The notes beneath the pieces are model-generated. The model saw nothing but the letters and a program-made list of their open reading frames with translations. It had not been told where the DNA came from and ran no database searches. 64,000 nucleotides of DNA, taken from contig JAVKOQ020000055.1 in the NCBI GenBank assembly GCA_031835245.2, forward strand, positions 1-64,000, read 5' to 3'. The stretch's first letter is position 1. Each line of letters starts with the position of its first letter. Origin of the DNA: Balamuthia mandrillaris. Taxonomy: Eukaryota. The position numbers were made by a program, and so were the translations under genes. Below are positions 35,083 through 50,143 of this stretch, one piece after another.

Positions 35083-38000
35083 ATGAGAGCCGGCGAGCAG
35101 GCAGCGCCGCCACCACAGGGTCAGAAGGAGGAGCCCCGCACGTACTATTCGGTGGCGGAAGTGCTGGCCGATCCCTCTTGGGATTATTTTTTGCGCGTAT
35201 GGGAGGCAGACCGGTTGCAAGAACAGCAAAACTCCCTCAGGGAGCCGAAGCAGAAAGAGGGTAAGGGCGACGAGGACGATAGAGCCAAGGGAAAGAGGAA
35301 GGAGAAAAGGACAAAGAGAAAGGAGCAGAGGAAGGGGAAGGAGAAGGAGCAGAACAAGAACAACAAGCATCGCAGTGACGAAGAAGAAGAAAAAGAAGAA
35401 AATCAGAAGAAGAAAAAGAAGAAAAGAAAACGAAGAATTGACATAGCTGATGAGGAGGAGGGAGGAGAACTGGCCAAAACAGACTCGAGCTCAGCAGCGA
35501 AGCGGCGGAAGCGCTCAGCAACATTGAGCTCAAGAACAATAACAGCAGCTGCGACTGAGGAAGCCAATCCAAAAACAGCACCGAGCCATGAGCAACCAGG
35601 AAGAAGAAGACGAAGACGAGGAGGAGGACGTAGTACCATTGTCGTTGATTTATCCCAAGAAGAAGATGAAGAAGCGGACCCGCTTTTACACAAACAAGAC
35701 AGAGACGGAGAAGAAGGGGAAGGAGAAGAAGAGACAAAGGAACAGCCAGAAGAAGAAGAAGAAGAAGAAGAAGAAGAAGAAGAAGACGATGACTACCATC
35801 CGACAGACGGAGAAATAGAGGCAACCCAAACAACAAAACCGAGAACGAGAGCAAAAACGACGACTAACATAAAAACCAGACCACCACCACCAACAACCAC
35901 GAGAAGAGAGAGAAGCAGAAGAAGAAAAGTTTTTTATGAAGAAGAAGAGGTGGTTGTGATTGAGGGTAGAACACCGCAGGGAAGGATGAGTCGGATTCGA
36001 AGCAGAGAGGCTGCGATAGAAGCGAGAAGACAAAGGCAGAGGAAGTGCTACAGTGTGGTTGAGATACTGGAGGATGATTCTTGGCAACCGTTTCTGGACC
36101 TCATGCGTGAGGAGGAAGAGAAAGCAAAAGAAAAACAAGAAAAACAAACAGCACAAGAAACAGCAGAAAGAGAAGAAAGAGAAGAAAAAGAAGGAAGAGA
36201 AGAAAGTGAAGATGAAGGACGGGGAGGGAGCGAAGGAGAAGAAAAGGAGAAAGAGAGAGAAGAGGAAAAGGAACAAGGAGCAAACGAAAGAGAAAAAGAG
36301 GAGGAAAAACAAGAAGGCGAGGAACAAGAGGAGAAGAACGAAGAACTGAAGGAGAAAGAGGAGCCAAGGCTGGAACTAGAAGACATAATAGAACAAACAC
36401 AGGAACAAGAAGAAGATATTGAACAAGAACAAGTAGACCAACAGGAGCAATACGAACAAGAAAAACGAGAGGAGGTGGACATGGAAGTAACAGAACAAAA
36501 AGAAGAGAATGAACTGGAACACGAGCGAGAACGAGAACAACCAGAGAATAGTGAGATGAAAACCGCTGAGCAAATAGAAGAAGCGAAGAAACAGGGAGCA
36601 GAAATTGAAGTGGTAGCACAAGCGGACAAACAAGGCCAAGAAGAACAGGTAGAGGAGAAAGAACGAGAGCAAGAGACAGGACGGGAACCAGAAGACGAGA
36701 AAGAACAAGGGCAACCGCAAGGGCAAGGGCCGGAGTCAGTACCAGAACAAGCACAAGACCAAGAGAAAGAGCAAGAGCAAGAGCCAGGACCGGAACCAGA
36801 AGAAGAGAAAGAACAAGCGCAAGAGCTGGAACCGGAGCAAGAACAAGAACAAGCTCAAGCTCAAGAAGAAGAAGGACAACAAGAAGAAGAAGAAGAACAA
36901 GAACAACAAAAGGAATACACAACAAAGACGCTGAAAGGAAGAAGAAAGAAACAGGTACAAGAACCAACACGAAGAAGCAGCAGAATTAAAAGAAATAGCA
37001 ACAATGAACGGGAAAAAGCAAGACGGCACAAAGAGAAACTGGAAAGAAGAAGAAGAGAAAGAAGAATAAGCAGAAGAAATAGTCAGAATGCAGAAAAGAT
37101 TGTTCTTGAGATCTCAGAAAACGAAGAAGAAGTAGCAGAAGACAAAGGAGAAAAAGAGGAAGCAACAAAGCAAAAAGAAGACGATGAAACCATGCCATGG
37201 AAGGCCACAAAGAAGAATGAGAGAAGTCTAACTGGAAGAAGAAAGAGCAGAGAGTATGGAAAGAAGATAGTTTTGGATATATCAAATGAAGAAGAGGAGG
37301 ACGCGAAAAGAAAGACGCGAAATCACGCGACAAAGAAAAAGAAGAAGAGAAAAGAGGATAAGGAAAGAAAACGAAGAAGGAGAAAGGAAGAACAGAAAAC
37401 TGGTACTCTCGACATTATAGGAGAGGGGGAAGGAGATGAAGAAAACAATAATGGCGATGAAGCTGATGAGGATTTTGTGTTGAATGCATCGAAAAACCAA
37501 AAGAATCAAAAGAAGCAGACGATGGAGAAAAAGGTGACGACGAATGAGAGGAGGAAGAAGCCTACGGCGGCGGCGAAAGAAGGAAGGAGAGGTGGGAACA
37601 AAAAGAACAAGGGTACAACGGATGTCTTTGAGTTCGTGGAGGAAGTAGAGGAAGCGGAAGGCATTGTGATACGTCTCTTTGCCAAGAGAGAAAAAAGAAA
37701 AAAGAGCAGTAATGAACACAAAGAGGAAGAAGAAGAAGAAGAAGAAGAAGAAGAAGAAGAAGAAGAAGAAACAAATAGGCGGACGAAAAGGAGAAGAAAA
37801 GGAAAGAATGACGAGAAAGAAGCGGAAGATAGGAAAGAAGCTAAAGAAACGGAAAACAAAGAGAAAGAGAAAGAAAGAGAAGAAGAGAAGGAAACAAATA
37901 GATGGAATAACAACACTAGGAGAAAAGAAGAGGAAGAGACAAAAGCGGAAGAGAATGAGGCAAACAGGCGGAAGAACAAACGAAGCCCAACGGGCGCGAC

Positions 38001-38121
38001 AGCAGAGGAAGAGGAAGAGGAGGAAGAAGAGCAGAAAACATACAGCCGAAAGAACAAAAGGGACCGAACGGAAAAGAAGAAGAACCTGGGCTCGAAAAAG
38101 GAGGCGAGTGGTCATCGATGA
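35083..38121 (+). CDS. Large intronless low-complexity E/K/R-rich, probably nuclear protein
   Basis: ~1012-aa ORF with NLS-like basic runs, a duplicated YSV.E.L.D.SW..FL motif and several SIM-like motifs. Confidence 0.7.
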   Translation: MRAGEQAAPPPQGQKEEPRTYYSVAEVLADPSWDYFLRVWEADRLQEQQNSLREPKQKEGKGDEDDRAKGKRKEKRTKRKEQRKGKEKEQNKNNKHRSDEEEEKEENQKKKKKKRKRRIDIADEEEGGELAKTDSSSAAKRRKRSATLSSRTITAAATEEANPKTAPSHEQPGRRRRRRGGGRSTIVVDLSQEEDEEADPLLHKQDRDGEEGEGEEETKEQPEEEEEEEEEEEEDDDYHPTDGEIEATQTTKPRTRAKTTTNIKTRPPPPTTTRRERSRRRKVFYEEEEVVVIEGRTPQGRMSRIRSREAAIEARRQRQRKCYSVVEILEDDSWQPFLDLMREEEEKAKEKQEKQTAQETAEREEREEKEGREESEDEGRGGSEGEEKEKEREEEKEQGANEREKEEEKQEGEEQEEKNEELKEKEEPRLELEDIIEQTQEQEEDIEQEQVDQQEQYEQEKREEVDMEVTEQKEENELEHEREREQPENSEMKTAEQIEEAKKQGAEIEVVAQADKQGQEEQVEEKEREQETGREPEDEKEQGQPQGQGPESVPEQAQDQEKEQEQEPGPEPEEEKEQAQELEPEQEQEQAQAQEEEGQQEEEEEQEQQKEYTTKTLKGRRKKQVQEPTRRSSRIKRNSNNEREKARRHKEKLERRRRERRISRRNSQNAEKIVLEISENEEEVAEDKGEKEEATKQKEDDETMPWKATKKNERSLTGRRKSREYGKKIVLDISNEEEEDAKRKTRNHATKKKKKRKEDKERKRRRRKEEQKTGTLDIIGEGEGDEENNNGDEADEDFVLNASKNQKNQKKQTMEKKVTTNERRKKPTAAAKEGRRGGNKKNKGTTDVFEFVEEVEEAEGIVIRLFAKREKRKKSSNEHKEEEEEEEEEEEEEEEETNRRTKRRRKGKNDEKEAEDRKEAKETENKEKEKEREEEKETNRWNNNTRRKEEEETKAEENEANRRKNKRSPTGATAEEEEEEEEEQKTYSRKNKRDRTEKKKNLGSKKEASGHR

Positions 38122-38398
38122 CCACCACGACGATTCCAACATTGTTTTTTTTATTTTTATCTTTGGATTATCAAAAAATAAATATATTTGGATTATCAAA
38201 AAAAATATATTTAGATTAAAAAAATCGATTAAAATATTTAAATAATTGACAGAGTGCGATCGTTAGATCAGATTAAAATATTTCATGTCGTCGTGATTCC
38301 AATTTCCTGCAACAAAAGAAAGCAAAGTTTAGATTCTGCGAAATGTGAGATTGATTTGGCAACAACCAAGCGAACAAACAAGCAAGCAACAAAGGGGG

Positions 38399-39904
38399 AT
38401 GGAGTGCGGCACAACGAGTGAGACGGCTGTCGTGGACGGAGATGTGCAGTACTGCCCGCCAGCCTACGACGTGCCCCGCGATTCGAACGATGGGGCCTAC
38501 GTCCAATCCTTCTCCCTCGATCAGGTCGAAGAGTACAAGCAAGTAAAACATTCTTATTTTTCTTCTGCTTCTTCCTCTTCTTCTCCTTCATTTAACTCCT
38601 TTCTAATCTGATCAACGAAAACGAATCTACTACTCTTTTTTTTTTTTTCGTGATGATACAATTCGCTTTCAGTTCTTTGAGCGATTCGGCTTTGTGGTGA
38701 TCGATGGAGTGCTCAACGAAGAGGAATGCGCCGCCACGCTCGACGACATTTGGGACTACTTGGCCCGCCGCGGTTGGCTCCGCGCAAACGCCGCCAAAGG
38801 CGACAAAGCGCAAGCCAAGCAGCAACAAATCCAACGCGACGACCCCGCCACTTGGAACGAGGGCTGGCCCTCCCTGGGCGGCTCTGGCATCTTGGGCGGC
38901 GCTGTTGTTTGGACCCGCAGAGCCATGCTCAACCGTCAAAACCCTAACATCTATCAGGTTAGCCGGCCGTCCTCCTTTCACGTCCTCTCTAAGCTCTGCT
39001 TTCTCTGTTTCCGTCCTCTTCTCTCCTCTCCACTCGGCTTGTCGCTTCTCTTTCTCGCTTTGCCTCTGTACCTCTCTTTCTCATTTGTGCCTTTCTCGCT
39101 TCCATCACAACGAACCGAACACACAGGTATGGTCTCAGCTTTTAGGAAAGCAGGAGTTGATGATAAACCAGGACCGCTACGGCCTCTTTCGCCCCAGCAG
39201 GGACCACCCTGAATGGCAAACCGGGTTCAACCTTCACCTTGACATGAACCCTTGGACCTACCTGTCGTCTTCATCCTCCTCCTCCTCCTCCGCTTCTTTA
39301 ACATATCGTCGCGACATTGACTTTTTCAAGGAGAACAATGCTTGCTTCAACCAAGAAGACGAGATCCATTGCCAAGGACTGCTCAACCTGATCGACAATC
39401 GAGAGGAGGACGGCGGCTTCATCATCGTTCCGGGCTTCAAGCATCACTTTGCGGAGTGGGCAGAGAGCCATCGCCTCACTCTGGCGCCGCGCTACACGGA
39501 GCGACAGACCTTCATCCAACTGCCGCGCGGGGGAGAGATCGAGAAACGAGCGCTGCGAGTGACGTGTCGAGCGGGCAGCATGGTCGTTTGGGACCAACGC
39601 ACCCTTCACGGCAGTGCCCCTAACAGCAGCGACCGTTTTCGGTACTGTCAGTCGTACAGCTTCGCTTCCCTCTCTTTGTTCGCTCTCTCCATCTAAATCC
39701 AATCACGCTCACCTTTTTTTTTTTGATTCGATCCGGAACAGAGGGGCACAGTTTATCAAGTTGTTTCCCGCAAAGCAGTTGGACGCGACCGCCAAGGAAG
39801 CGAGAGCCAAAGTGGTCGGGCGCAAGGTCGAAGAGGCCAACGCGCTCGACGACTTGTCCGAACTTGGCCAAAAGCTTTTCGGACTGGCTGCTTGGGACGA
39901 GTGA
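38399..39904 (+). CDS. Phytanoyl-CoA dioxygenase (PhyH)-like Fe(II)/2OG oxygenase, multi-exon
   Basis: FGFVVIDGVL, LHLDMNPW (HxD), QGLLNL, GGFIIVPGF, AGSMVVWDQRTLHGSAPN. Confidence 0.85.
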
Positions 39905-40161
39905 AGAAGGAAGAAAGAGGGACACAAGCAAGTATGTTTGTAAATAGAAGGGAAAAAGCCCAGATGAGCTTTTGTCCCGTTTTCTTATTTTTTTTTCTTT
40001 TAAGTTAGAAACAAAAATTATACACAAAAATAAACTCTTCTTCTTCTTCTTCTTCTTCTTCTTCTTCTTCTCCCTCGTCTTTCTTCTTCCTTTTCCACCT
40101 TGCTTTTTGCTCCTTCCTCTCCACGCTCGCCTCGTTTCGTTGATCGGTTTGGTTGCTTTGC

Positions 40162-40644
40162 TTACTTGGCCTCGGGTTCGGCGGCGGTGCTGCCCATGCT
40201 GGACTGGTACTTGGTGACGGCCTTGGTGCCCTCAGAGACGGCGTGCTTGGCCAACTCACCGGGGAGCAACAGTCGGACGGCGGTCTGGATCTCGCGGGAG
40301 CTGATCGTGTTCTTCTTGTTGTAGCGAGCCAGGCGGCCGGCCTCCAGGGCGATCCTCTCGAAAATGTCGTTGACAAACGAGTTCATGATGGACATGGCCT
40401 TGTTGGAGATACCAGTGTCGGGGTGGACCTGCTTGAGGACCTTGTAGATGAAGGTGGCGTAGGATGTGTAGTTCTTCTTGCTGGACTTGGAGACTCCGCC
40501 CTTGGGCTTGGTGGAACCGGCCTCTCCGGCAGCTCCTCCCTTCTTGGAAGCTCCTCCCTTCTTGGCTCCGCCCTCCGCGGTGGCGGGCTTCTTGCCAGCT
40601 CCACGGCCGGTGGTCTTCTTGGTGGCAGCGCCTTCAGTGGACAT
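40162..40644 (-). CDS. H2B: Histone H2B
   Basis: [33 protein letters not shown]...[31 protein letters not shown]. Confidence 0.98.
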   Translation of the reverse strand: MSTEGAATKKTTGRGAGKKPATAEGGAKKGGASKKGGAAGEAGSTKPKGGVSKSSKKNYTSYATFIYKVLKQVHPDTGISNKAMSIMNSFVNDIFERIALEAGRLARYNKKNTISSREIQTAVRLLLPGELAKHAVSEGTKAVTKYQSSMGSTAAEPEAK

Positions 40645-41176
40645 TGTGTGTGTAGTGTGTGGTAAAAAAAAGGGGGGGAAAAAAAAAGTAGCGAGGAACA
40701 AACAAAAAAAAAGTTTGCTGTTTTTTTTTTGGTGTTTGAAGTGTTTTGCTTCGAGTTGATGGAGGATGAGAAGAGGGATAAAAGTTTTTTTTTGTATTTA
40801 TAATCCACAGGGGGAAAAGTTTTGGAGGGAAGTGTTGGTAACGGTCGGAATTTTCCTTTCCGGATCGCCACGTCACTCAAAATCCATCCTTCCCGTTTCC
40901 TATTGGCTCCCAGAACCCACGTCATCCAAAATCTGAGGTAGGAGTTGTCATTGGCCCTAGGTTGTTTCCTTTTATGAATGCCACGTCACCCAACATCCTT
41001 CCGCTAATCCCTCATTGGCTCTCCTGGCTCTGTTAACCGTTGGTGGTTTCCCGCCTTTCCCACCAAAAATATAAAGTTAAAAAACTTCCCCACTTTTTTT
41101 TGTTAATCACTTCAACTCTCAAATCGAAGCAAGAAACACTCCCCTTATTTTTTTTTTGGTCTCTGCCAACAACAAG
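40645..41176. promoter_or_regulatory. Bidirectional H2A/H2B promoter
   Basis: TATA-like elements on each side (~40797 minus, ~41070 plus); three CCACGTCA and three ATTGG (CCAAT) motifs. Confidence 0.7.
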
Positions 41177-41653
41177 ATGTCTTCTACTGCTGGAGCTACC
41201 GCTGGAAAGAAGCCCAAGGCCGGACGCGGAGGAGCCGCTCGCCCCGCTGGAGGTGCCGGAAAGAAGGCCGCTGGCGCTGCCGGTGGCGCTGAGGTCTCGC
41301 AGACTCGTTCCTACCGGGCAGGCCTCCAGTTCCCCGTTGGAAGGATCCACAGACAGCTCCGTGAGGGCCGCTACGCCGCTCGCGTCGGTGCCGGTGCCCC
41401 CGTCTACCTGGCTGCCGTCTTGGAGTACTTGGTGGCAGAGATTTTGGAGTTGGCTGGCAATGCCTCTCGTGACAACAAGCGTGTGAGGATCATCCCCAGG
41501 CATATTCAGTTGGCCGTCAGGAACGACGAAGAGCTCAACAAGCTCTTGCAGGACGTGACCATTGCCTCTGGTGGTGTCATCCCCAACATTCACTCTGTGC
41601 TCATCCCCAAGAAGTCCAAGAAGTTCGGCGAGACCATGTCCCAGGAGTACTAA
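41177..41653 (+). CDS. H2A: Histone H2A with H2A.X-type SQEY C-terminus
   Basis: [47 protein letters not shown], ends SQEY*. Confidence 0.98.
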   Translation: MSSTAGATAGKKPKAGRGGAARPAGGAGKKAAGAAGGAEVSQTRSYRAGLQFPVGRIHRQLREGRYAARVGAGAPVYLAAVLEYLVAEILELAGNASRDNKRVRIIPRHIQLAVRNDEELNKLLQDVTIASGGVIPNIHSVLIPKKSKKFGETMSQEY

Positions 41654-42332
41654 GCTGCCTTTCTTTGCTTTTTTGTTTGCCAAAAATTTTCCCCTTCTAC
41701 TTGGCGAACGGTATTCGTCCTCGCCACTCTCTTCTCTTCTTCCTCTCTGCGACAACCAACCAACCAACAACGAACGACCGACCGACCGACTGCCTCCTCA
41801 ACGACCGCTGGAACGACTTGTACAGTACCTCTCGACGTCTTTTGCCACTTATTTTATTATGCTTAAACATAAAACTGAAAAAATAAAATACACTAAAATT
41901 TTAAAAAATATATCGGCCTCTCTCACTCCCTCTCTACCACACTCTCTCTCTCTTCCTCACTACGAAGAAAATTTATGAGTGCTTTGTGCTTCTTCCTTTC
42001 TATTCTTTCAGCTTTCTTAATCATGTCGTCATGACCACGAAATTCAAACAGCCAATCGTAAATCAAACGTGGTCTGTTTTAACCCCTCAGTCATATTATT
42101 TTAAGGTGGCAAAATAGAACGATTGAAAAAAAATAGAAAGAGATCTTTTTTTTTTTCTTTTCTATCGCTGCTGGCCCCCTTTTCGGATAACCTCCCACCA
42201 CCCCCCCTCCCTTTTTGTCTTTACATGCAACACAACCACCCTGCAAAGACCTGTCTTTGGCGTCTTCACAACTCTTGCGTAATCCACACGGCTGACTCTC
42301 CATCATCTCCATCGATCGCTGCTGCTATTCAG

Positions 42333-44334
<2,002 letters not shown>

Positions 44335-44407
44335 AACAATGGAGTCGAAGAAGAGGAAGAAGATGAAGAAAGTAAGCTTTGCACTATCATTTTTTCCTCC
44401 TATTCGT

Positions 44408-44456
<49 letters not shown>

Positions 44457-44585
44457 TCCTCTCCTCTTTGAATATGGAACAGAAGAAAAAGAACAGAGAT
44501 AGAGGAAAATAATTTACAGATATGAAGAAGAAGCAACAAAAAAAACGTCTTCTTCTCCAAGTGCTACTATTACAAATAAAACCAA

Positions 44586-45299
44586 TCACCTGGCGGAGAG
44601 CTCAAAGGCATATCCGCTAGGCAGAAAGGCATTGAAGCCCAACAACAGGTTTGGTTGTTCCTCGAACAGCTCCCATACTTCTCCCATCAGTTCTACAATG
44701 CTTAACCTTTTTGTTTAAAGCATAGAAAAGTGAGTCAGGAGTGTTTTGTATGCTTTGGTGTTTCTTTCTTTTTCACTTTTTTCTTTTATTTTTCGTTTCT
44801 CTTTCTTTTCTTTTCTTTCCACTTTCTCCCTGCCCTCCACTTCTTGCTTTCTCTCTCCTCTCTGCTCCATGCTCTCTTCAACTGAAAAAGAGAGAGAGGA
44901 TTTTACCTTCCACGTCGATACTGGTGCATCACATCCAGAAACGTTCGATAGATGAAGGGATCGGTGGCGTAGGTCCGTTTGACCAGTCGGAGGTATCGCT
45001 CCGCTCTGCATCGGGTCCATGCCGGATCCTCTCTCCACGGAATGCCCCTCGAAATGGTTGTGGAAGTATTGTTGTTGCTGTTGTTTTGTGTTGGAGGTTG
45101 TTGGTTGGGTCGCGTTTTGGGTTCACCGATTCGGCCGTCTTCCTTGTCGTCCAAGGGTTCTTCTTGCGAGTTTGTCGTCTGTGAAGCGGTCCATCTGGGT
45201 TGTGGTGTTCTAGTATTTGTTTTTTTAAAAAAATAAAAAATTCGTCAGTCCATGCAGAAGAAGAAAACGAAAGAGTGAGAGAGACAAAACAAACCTCAT
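44586..45299 (-). CDS. Small stand-alone PAH (Sin3-type paired amphipathic helix) protein
   Basis: AERYLRLVKRTYATDPFIYRTFLDVMHQY spliced to LSIVELMGEVWELFEEQPNLLLGFNAFLPSGY...AR*; 5' exon uncertain. Confidence 0.75.
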
Positions 45300-46029
45300 C
45301 CTTGCCCCCCCAAAAAAAAAATACTCAAAAAAACAAAATCTGAACGGAGTGGGAGAAAGAGGCAAGTGGAGCAACAAAGTTGCCAAGAAGGTTTGTTGTT
45401 GTTGTTTTTTTGTGTTTTGTTTGCACTACGTTTTTTTTTTTGGGTCTCCCTCTCCCCTCTCCCTCTCTCTCTCTCGTGTTTTTTGTGTTGTGTGTTGTGT
45501 GTGTGTTTTCGTTGCCTTTTTTTTTTGCCCAAAACAAAAAAGACAACAACGACAGGCTCAGCTCAGCTTTCAGGAGGGTACGTGCAATCAACCCCCCCTT
45601 TTTGTTTGTGTTGTCATTCTCGTCCCCATTGATTTTTGGTGGTTGTCTCCATTGGGAGAAGGACGTGTTAATTCATTTGAGACAGATTTTGATTGACAAT
45701 CAATGATTGATTTACCATTGGTCGAACAATTTTACCTATTTTGGATTTGTGTGGAAGTCGACAAAAATAAGGAAATAAAACATTGGGCCAAAAAAAAAAT
45801 AAGAAGAAAAACGCCGAGGATAGGAAAGGCGAGGTACCTCGTGCCCTTCCTTAGGGATGCAGCGTAAACCCGCGGTCATTGTCGGTATCGGTTGTTCACA
45901 AAAAAATAACAATGCATGCATATGTGCGTGTTCCACAAGTCATTATGTGGAGCTCTCGTTGTCTCTTCTCCATCTCTCTCTTCCCTCTTCTTGTTTCCTT
46001 TGTTCTTATTCTCTCTACGCTTTCTTGCA

Positions 46030-46080
<51 letters not shown>

Positions 46081-46549
46081 TGCAGCCTGTCCGTCGCTGT
46101 TCTTGCTCCTTTGGTTGAGCTTTTCTGCACTCCACAAAGTGTCCGTTGGCGTAACTACCCCTCAAACAAAAACGCCCTCCTCTCAAATTATCCAAATAAG
46201 GAAAAATTTAATCCAAACAAAAAAATCGACAACCCGTCTTTTTGTGGCTCTCTCTTCTCCTCTCTCTCTCTCTTTCTCTCCCGCTGCCGCTGCTGTCATT
46301 CAACGTGTCGTGGTGATCGTCGACGGCCCAACGCTCTGCTACTGGACACGCCCGCACGCGCGCTTTACTTGACAAAAACAGACAGCCACATACGCATACA
46401 CGCACAAACAGTCTGTCTCTCTCTCTCTCTCTCTCTCTCGCTTGGTCTGTGAGGGAGGCAAGTGAAGGTCTTGACGTAGTGCGTTATTTTTTGCACCCGT
46501 TCGTTCACTTTCTCCTCTCTCTCCGCTTCTTCTTTTCTCATTTTCTTGT

Positions 46550-46580
<31 letters not shown>

Positions 46581-46618
46581 GTTCTTCTTGTGCTTCTCGT
46601 TCTTCTTCTTGCTCTTGT

Positions 46619-46656
<38 letters not shown>

Positions 46657-46721
46657 TCTTTCAATCCTCTCATTAAAATAAAAAATAATAGGAAAGTAAA
46701 GAAACCAGAAGAAGAAGCAAC

Positions 46722-49700
46722 ATGTCATGGTTTGGAGAGAAGTACAGACCTTCACAGGCGGAGATTTTGGGGGTTAACGTCCAGCAGCGAAAAGAACGCT
46801 TCGAGAAGCTCTCCACCAAGAACGCCAGCGGCGATGGTCAAAATCCGCTTTCTCCGCAACCCTCCGTATGCATGAGAAGGAACGCAGCGAAAAGGGAGGA
46901 AAGAAGAAGCGCCAACGAACCAAGTGAAGCAAGTCGACAACAAAACTCTCCTCTTCGACGCTCTCAGTCTTGTCGTGAAGTTTACGTTCCCTCTCCTTCC
47001 GCTTCTTCTTCGGCTACTGCTTCTTCGTCTTCTTCAGCCACATCGTTTCTGTGTGCCGCTTCATCACATTCTTCTTCATCTCATTGTTCGTCACCCCCAG
47101 TCGCCTCCTCCCAGCCGAGACGAAGACGCAGCAGTCTCAACGACAAAGACAAGCTGGAACCAAACGCGACTCCGACTCCGCAACGTGTTGTTCCTCCAAC
47201 CATGGCCAAAAAAGTTCTTCCTCCGCTTCCTCGTCCACTTCCTCCTCCTCGCTCTCATCGAAGTAATCGTCCGCTGTCGCCTCCTCCTCTTCCCCCTTCT
47301 ACAAGCTCTAAACCGAGTACCTCCAAACCAACAACGCGAAGCGTTAAACCAGCACCTCCTCGTCCGCCCCGGTTAAACAAAGGAAACAACTCCGTGGTGA
47401 TGTCTTTCAACCCTACGTCCATAAGGTCGATGGAAGATCACACTAAAGCGGCCAATTTGAAGAAACCACATGTGCCTCCTCTCCATTGCTCGTTTATTTC
47501 TGCATCTTCTTCTCTTGCTTCGGCTAGTGTCGCTTCAATTTCTTCTTCTGCTCCTTCTCTTTCTGCTCATCCTCTTGCTTCCAAAAGTGTAACTGCTATT
47601 TCTTCGTCTACTTCTGCAGTTTCCAATCCTCTTGTTTCATCTTCTTTGTCACGGCAGAATAGAAAAGGAGGTCCTCCAGCACCCTCCTCTCCACCTCCGC
47701 TTGATTCACCTTCCCAACGAACTCCTCCCGCACGGCCTCCAAGAGCCTTATCTCCACCTCCCTCCCCTTCTCCTCTCTCCCCCCTCTCTCCCAAACGCCA
47801 TTCGCTTTCTCCTTCAACTTCTCCTTCTACTTCTCCTTCTGTACCTCTTATAACAAGTGCTATGGTACAGCCTACTCACTACTCTCAATCACGGCATAGC
47901 AAAATGTATCCAACAGCACCCCCAAAGCCGCCTGCTCCTTTATCTCATCCATCCTCGGAAGTCCCTCCACCAACGGCAACCTCTGTTGCCCCTGTTACGC
48001 TTCCTCCTCATCTGCGCAATTCTCAAAACAGCAGCAGTAAACGCTCACCAGCTCTTCGTCTCTCGCAACGCCTTTTAAACTTAAACTTTTCGAGTAATAA
48101 CAACAGCAACAAAAGCAACAGCAACAAACAGAACCATTCTGTTGACAACCAAAATGCCCACAACGCACACGAATGTTACGACAATGAAAGCAGCACCAAT
48201 GAAGACATTTACTATGCTGATAACAGCGACTACGGTGTTGGAGATGCCAACGAATTAGTCTTTGTTATGGAAGATTCACCCAACAGCAAAGAAGCAGTGG
48301 AGGAGGAACAGGCAGCCACCAGGAAAAAGAATAGTTGGAGAGCTGGTTCCCTTGCCTCAAGTCAACGTTCCTCACGAAAAGCTTTTCTCTCGCAACGCAC
48401 TAGTTCTGAGTTGGGTAACCTAGCGAGTAATAACGAGGATAAAGGAGGAACGGATAGTAATGACGATGAAGAAGACGAGGAAGGAGGGGGCAGCTTTAGT
48501 TATGTCAATAGTCCACCCCCCTCATCTTCTGGTCTTTTGGAAGTGAGACTGTGGAAGAGGAATTGTTGCGTCGAAGAGTTTGTTTGTACAGAACGAGATT
48601 ACCTAAATGACTTGACAGTCATTGTCAATGTGCGTATCTCTCTTCTTTTATCTCGTTCTTGCTTTCCTCACTCTCTTTCTAATCTCGCTTCAACTGCTTT
48701 ATCTAACTTATTTTTCCTCGCAGATTTATTTGGAACCACTAAGAGCGAAAGAGTTATTGCCGATGGAAGACGTGGTGGCTATTTTTGGTGATATTGAGGA
48801 CGTTCTTTCTGTCTCTCAACGCTTACTGAGCGCTCTTCAATCGGCACCAGTCGATCAACTGCCGTTAGGAAGCATCCTTCTTGAACATGTAACTTTCTAC
48901 CATTTTTTTTGTGGATGGAGCACTCCACTAAACACCGTGCCTTTTGTTTTAAAATCAGATGTCCGAGTTTGAAATATATGGCCAGTATCTAGCAAACCAT
49001 TGGAAAGCCATTAACTTGTTGAAAGAACGGCAGCAAAAAAATGCTGCATTTCGCGACTTTATGAATGTACACCAATCCCTCTCTTTCACTCTCCCCAAAT
49101 GAAAGTTGACGTGATGTTATCTATGTATGGGTTTAGGAAATGGAAGACAAAGCGGAGTGCCGAAGCCTAGATCTTGCTGCTTTCTTGATTAAGCCATGTC
49201 AACGGGTCATGAAGTATCCACTTCTCCTAGAGGTACCTCTTTTATCTTCTTCTCCTTCATACTTTTCCTTGTTCCGTTCTTCTTCTTCTTCTTCTTCTTC
49301 TTCTTCTTCTTCTTCTTCTTCTTGTTCTTCTTCTTCTTCTTCTTCTCCACATTTAAACCGCATGGATTTCTTAAACAATCCTTAGAACATAGTGGAGTTA
49401 ACGGATCAGAGCCATAATGATAAGGATGCCCTACAAGAGGCAACCAAAAGACTAAGGGGTCTCGTCTTTGCCACCAACGAGAAAAAACGAGAGGAAGACA
49501 ATTATCTAAAAATGTTGGAGATCCAAAGTTGCTTCGATTGGTCCTCCGATGAAGACGTAAATTATTCTCTTTCACTCTCATTCTCTCAGTCTCTCTTCGT
49601 TCTCGTTCTCATTCCTTATCGAATTCTAATATTCTCTATTTTGTATTACAAATAAACAGTTTGCCCAGTTTATAAGTCGCAACCGAGAATATTTAGCGGA

Positions 49701-50037
49701 GAGCACCTTCAAAGTATCTCAAGACGGGGCCGCCCTCGCCAACCGCAAAGTCTTCCTCTTCAGCGACATGCTCGTCATCACTCAGCATCACAAACGCTCC
49801 CACCGATATGTCCCAAAGCTTTGCATCTCCCTCGAGAAATGTATCGTATGGAACATGAACGACGGGGTGTCGATCAACGGAAAGAGCGTGGAGAACGCTT
49901 TCTCCGTTTTGCAGACGGACAATACCATGAAGCTGGTCTTTGTGGCGGATAGCGGAGGGAGGAAAGAGGCCTGGATCATTCGGATCAACGAATGCATTGC
50001 CAACACTCTGCACAATACCATCAGTGCATTAACGTAA
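46722..50037 (+). CDS. RhoGEF (DH-PH) with long Pro/Ser-rich N-terminus
   Basis: EEFVCTERDYLNDL, IFGDIEDVL, LDLAAFLIKPCQRVMKYPLLL, PH RKVFLFSDMLVI...KEAWIIRINECI. Confidence 0.9.
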
Positions 50038-50143
50038 AGGGTTCTCTCTTTATTGCTCAAAGAGATGAGAGAATAGGAGCAGGGCTTAACTATGAGATGG
50101 GCATAACTACGTGGAGAGGTCTTCTTTAATCCTTTTTCGCGGG

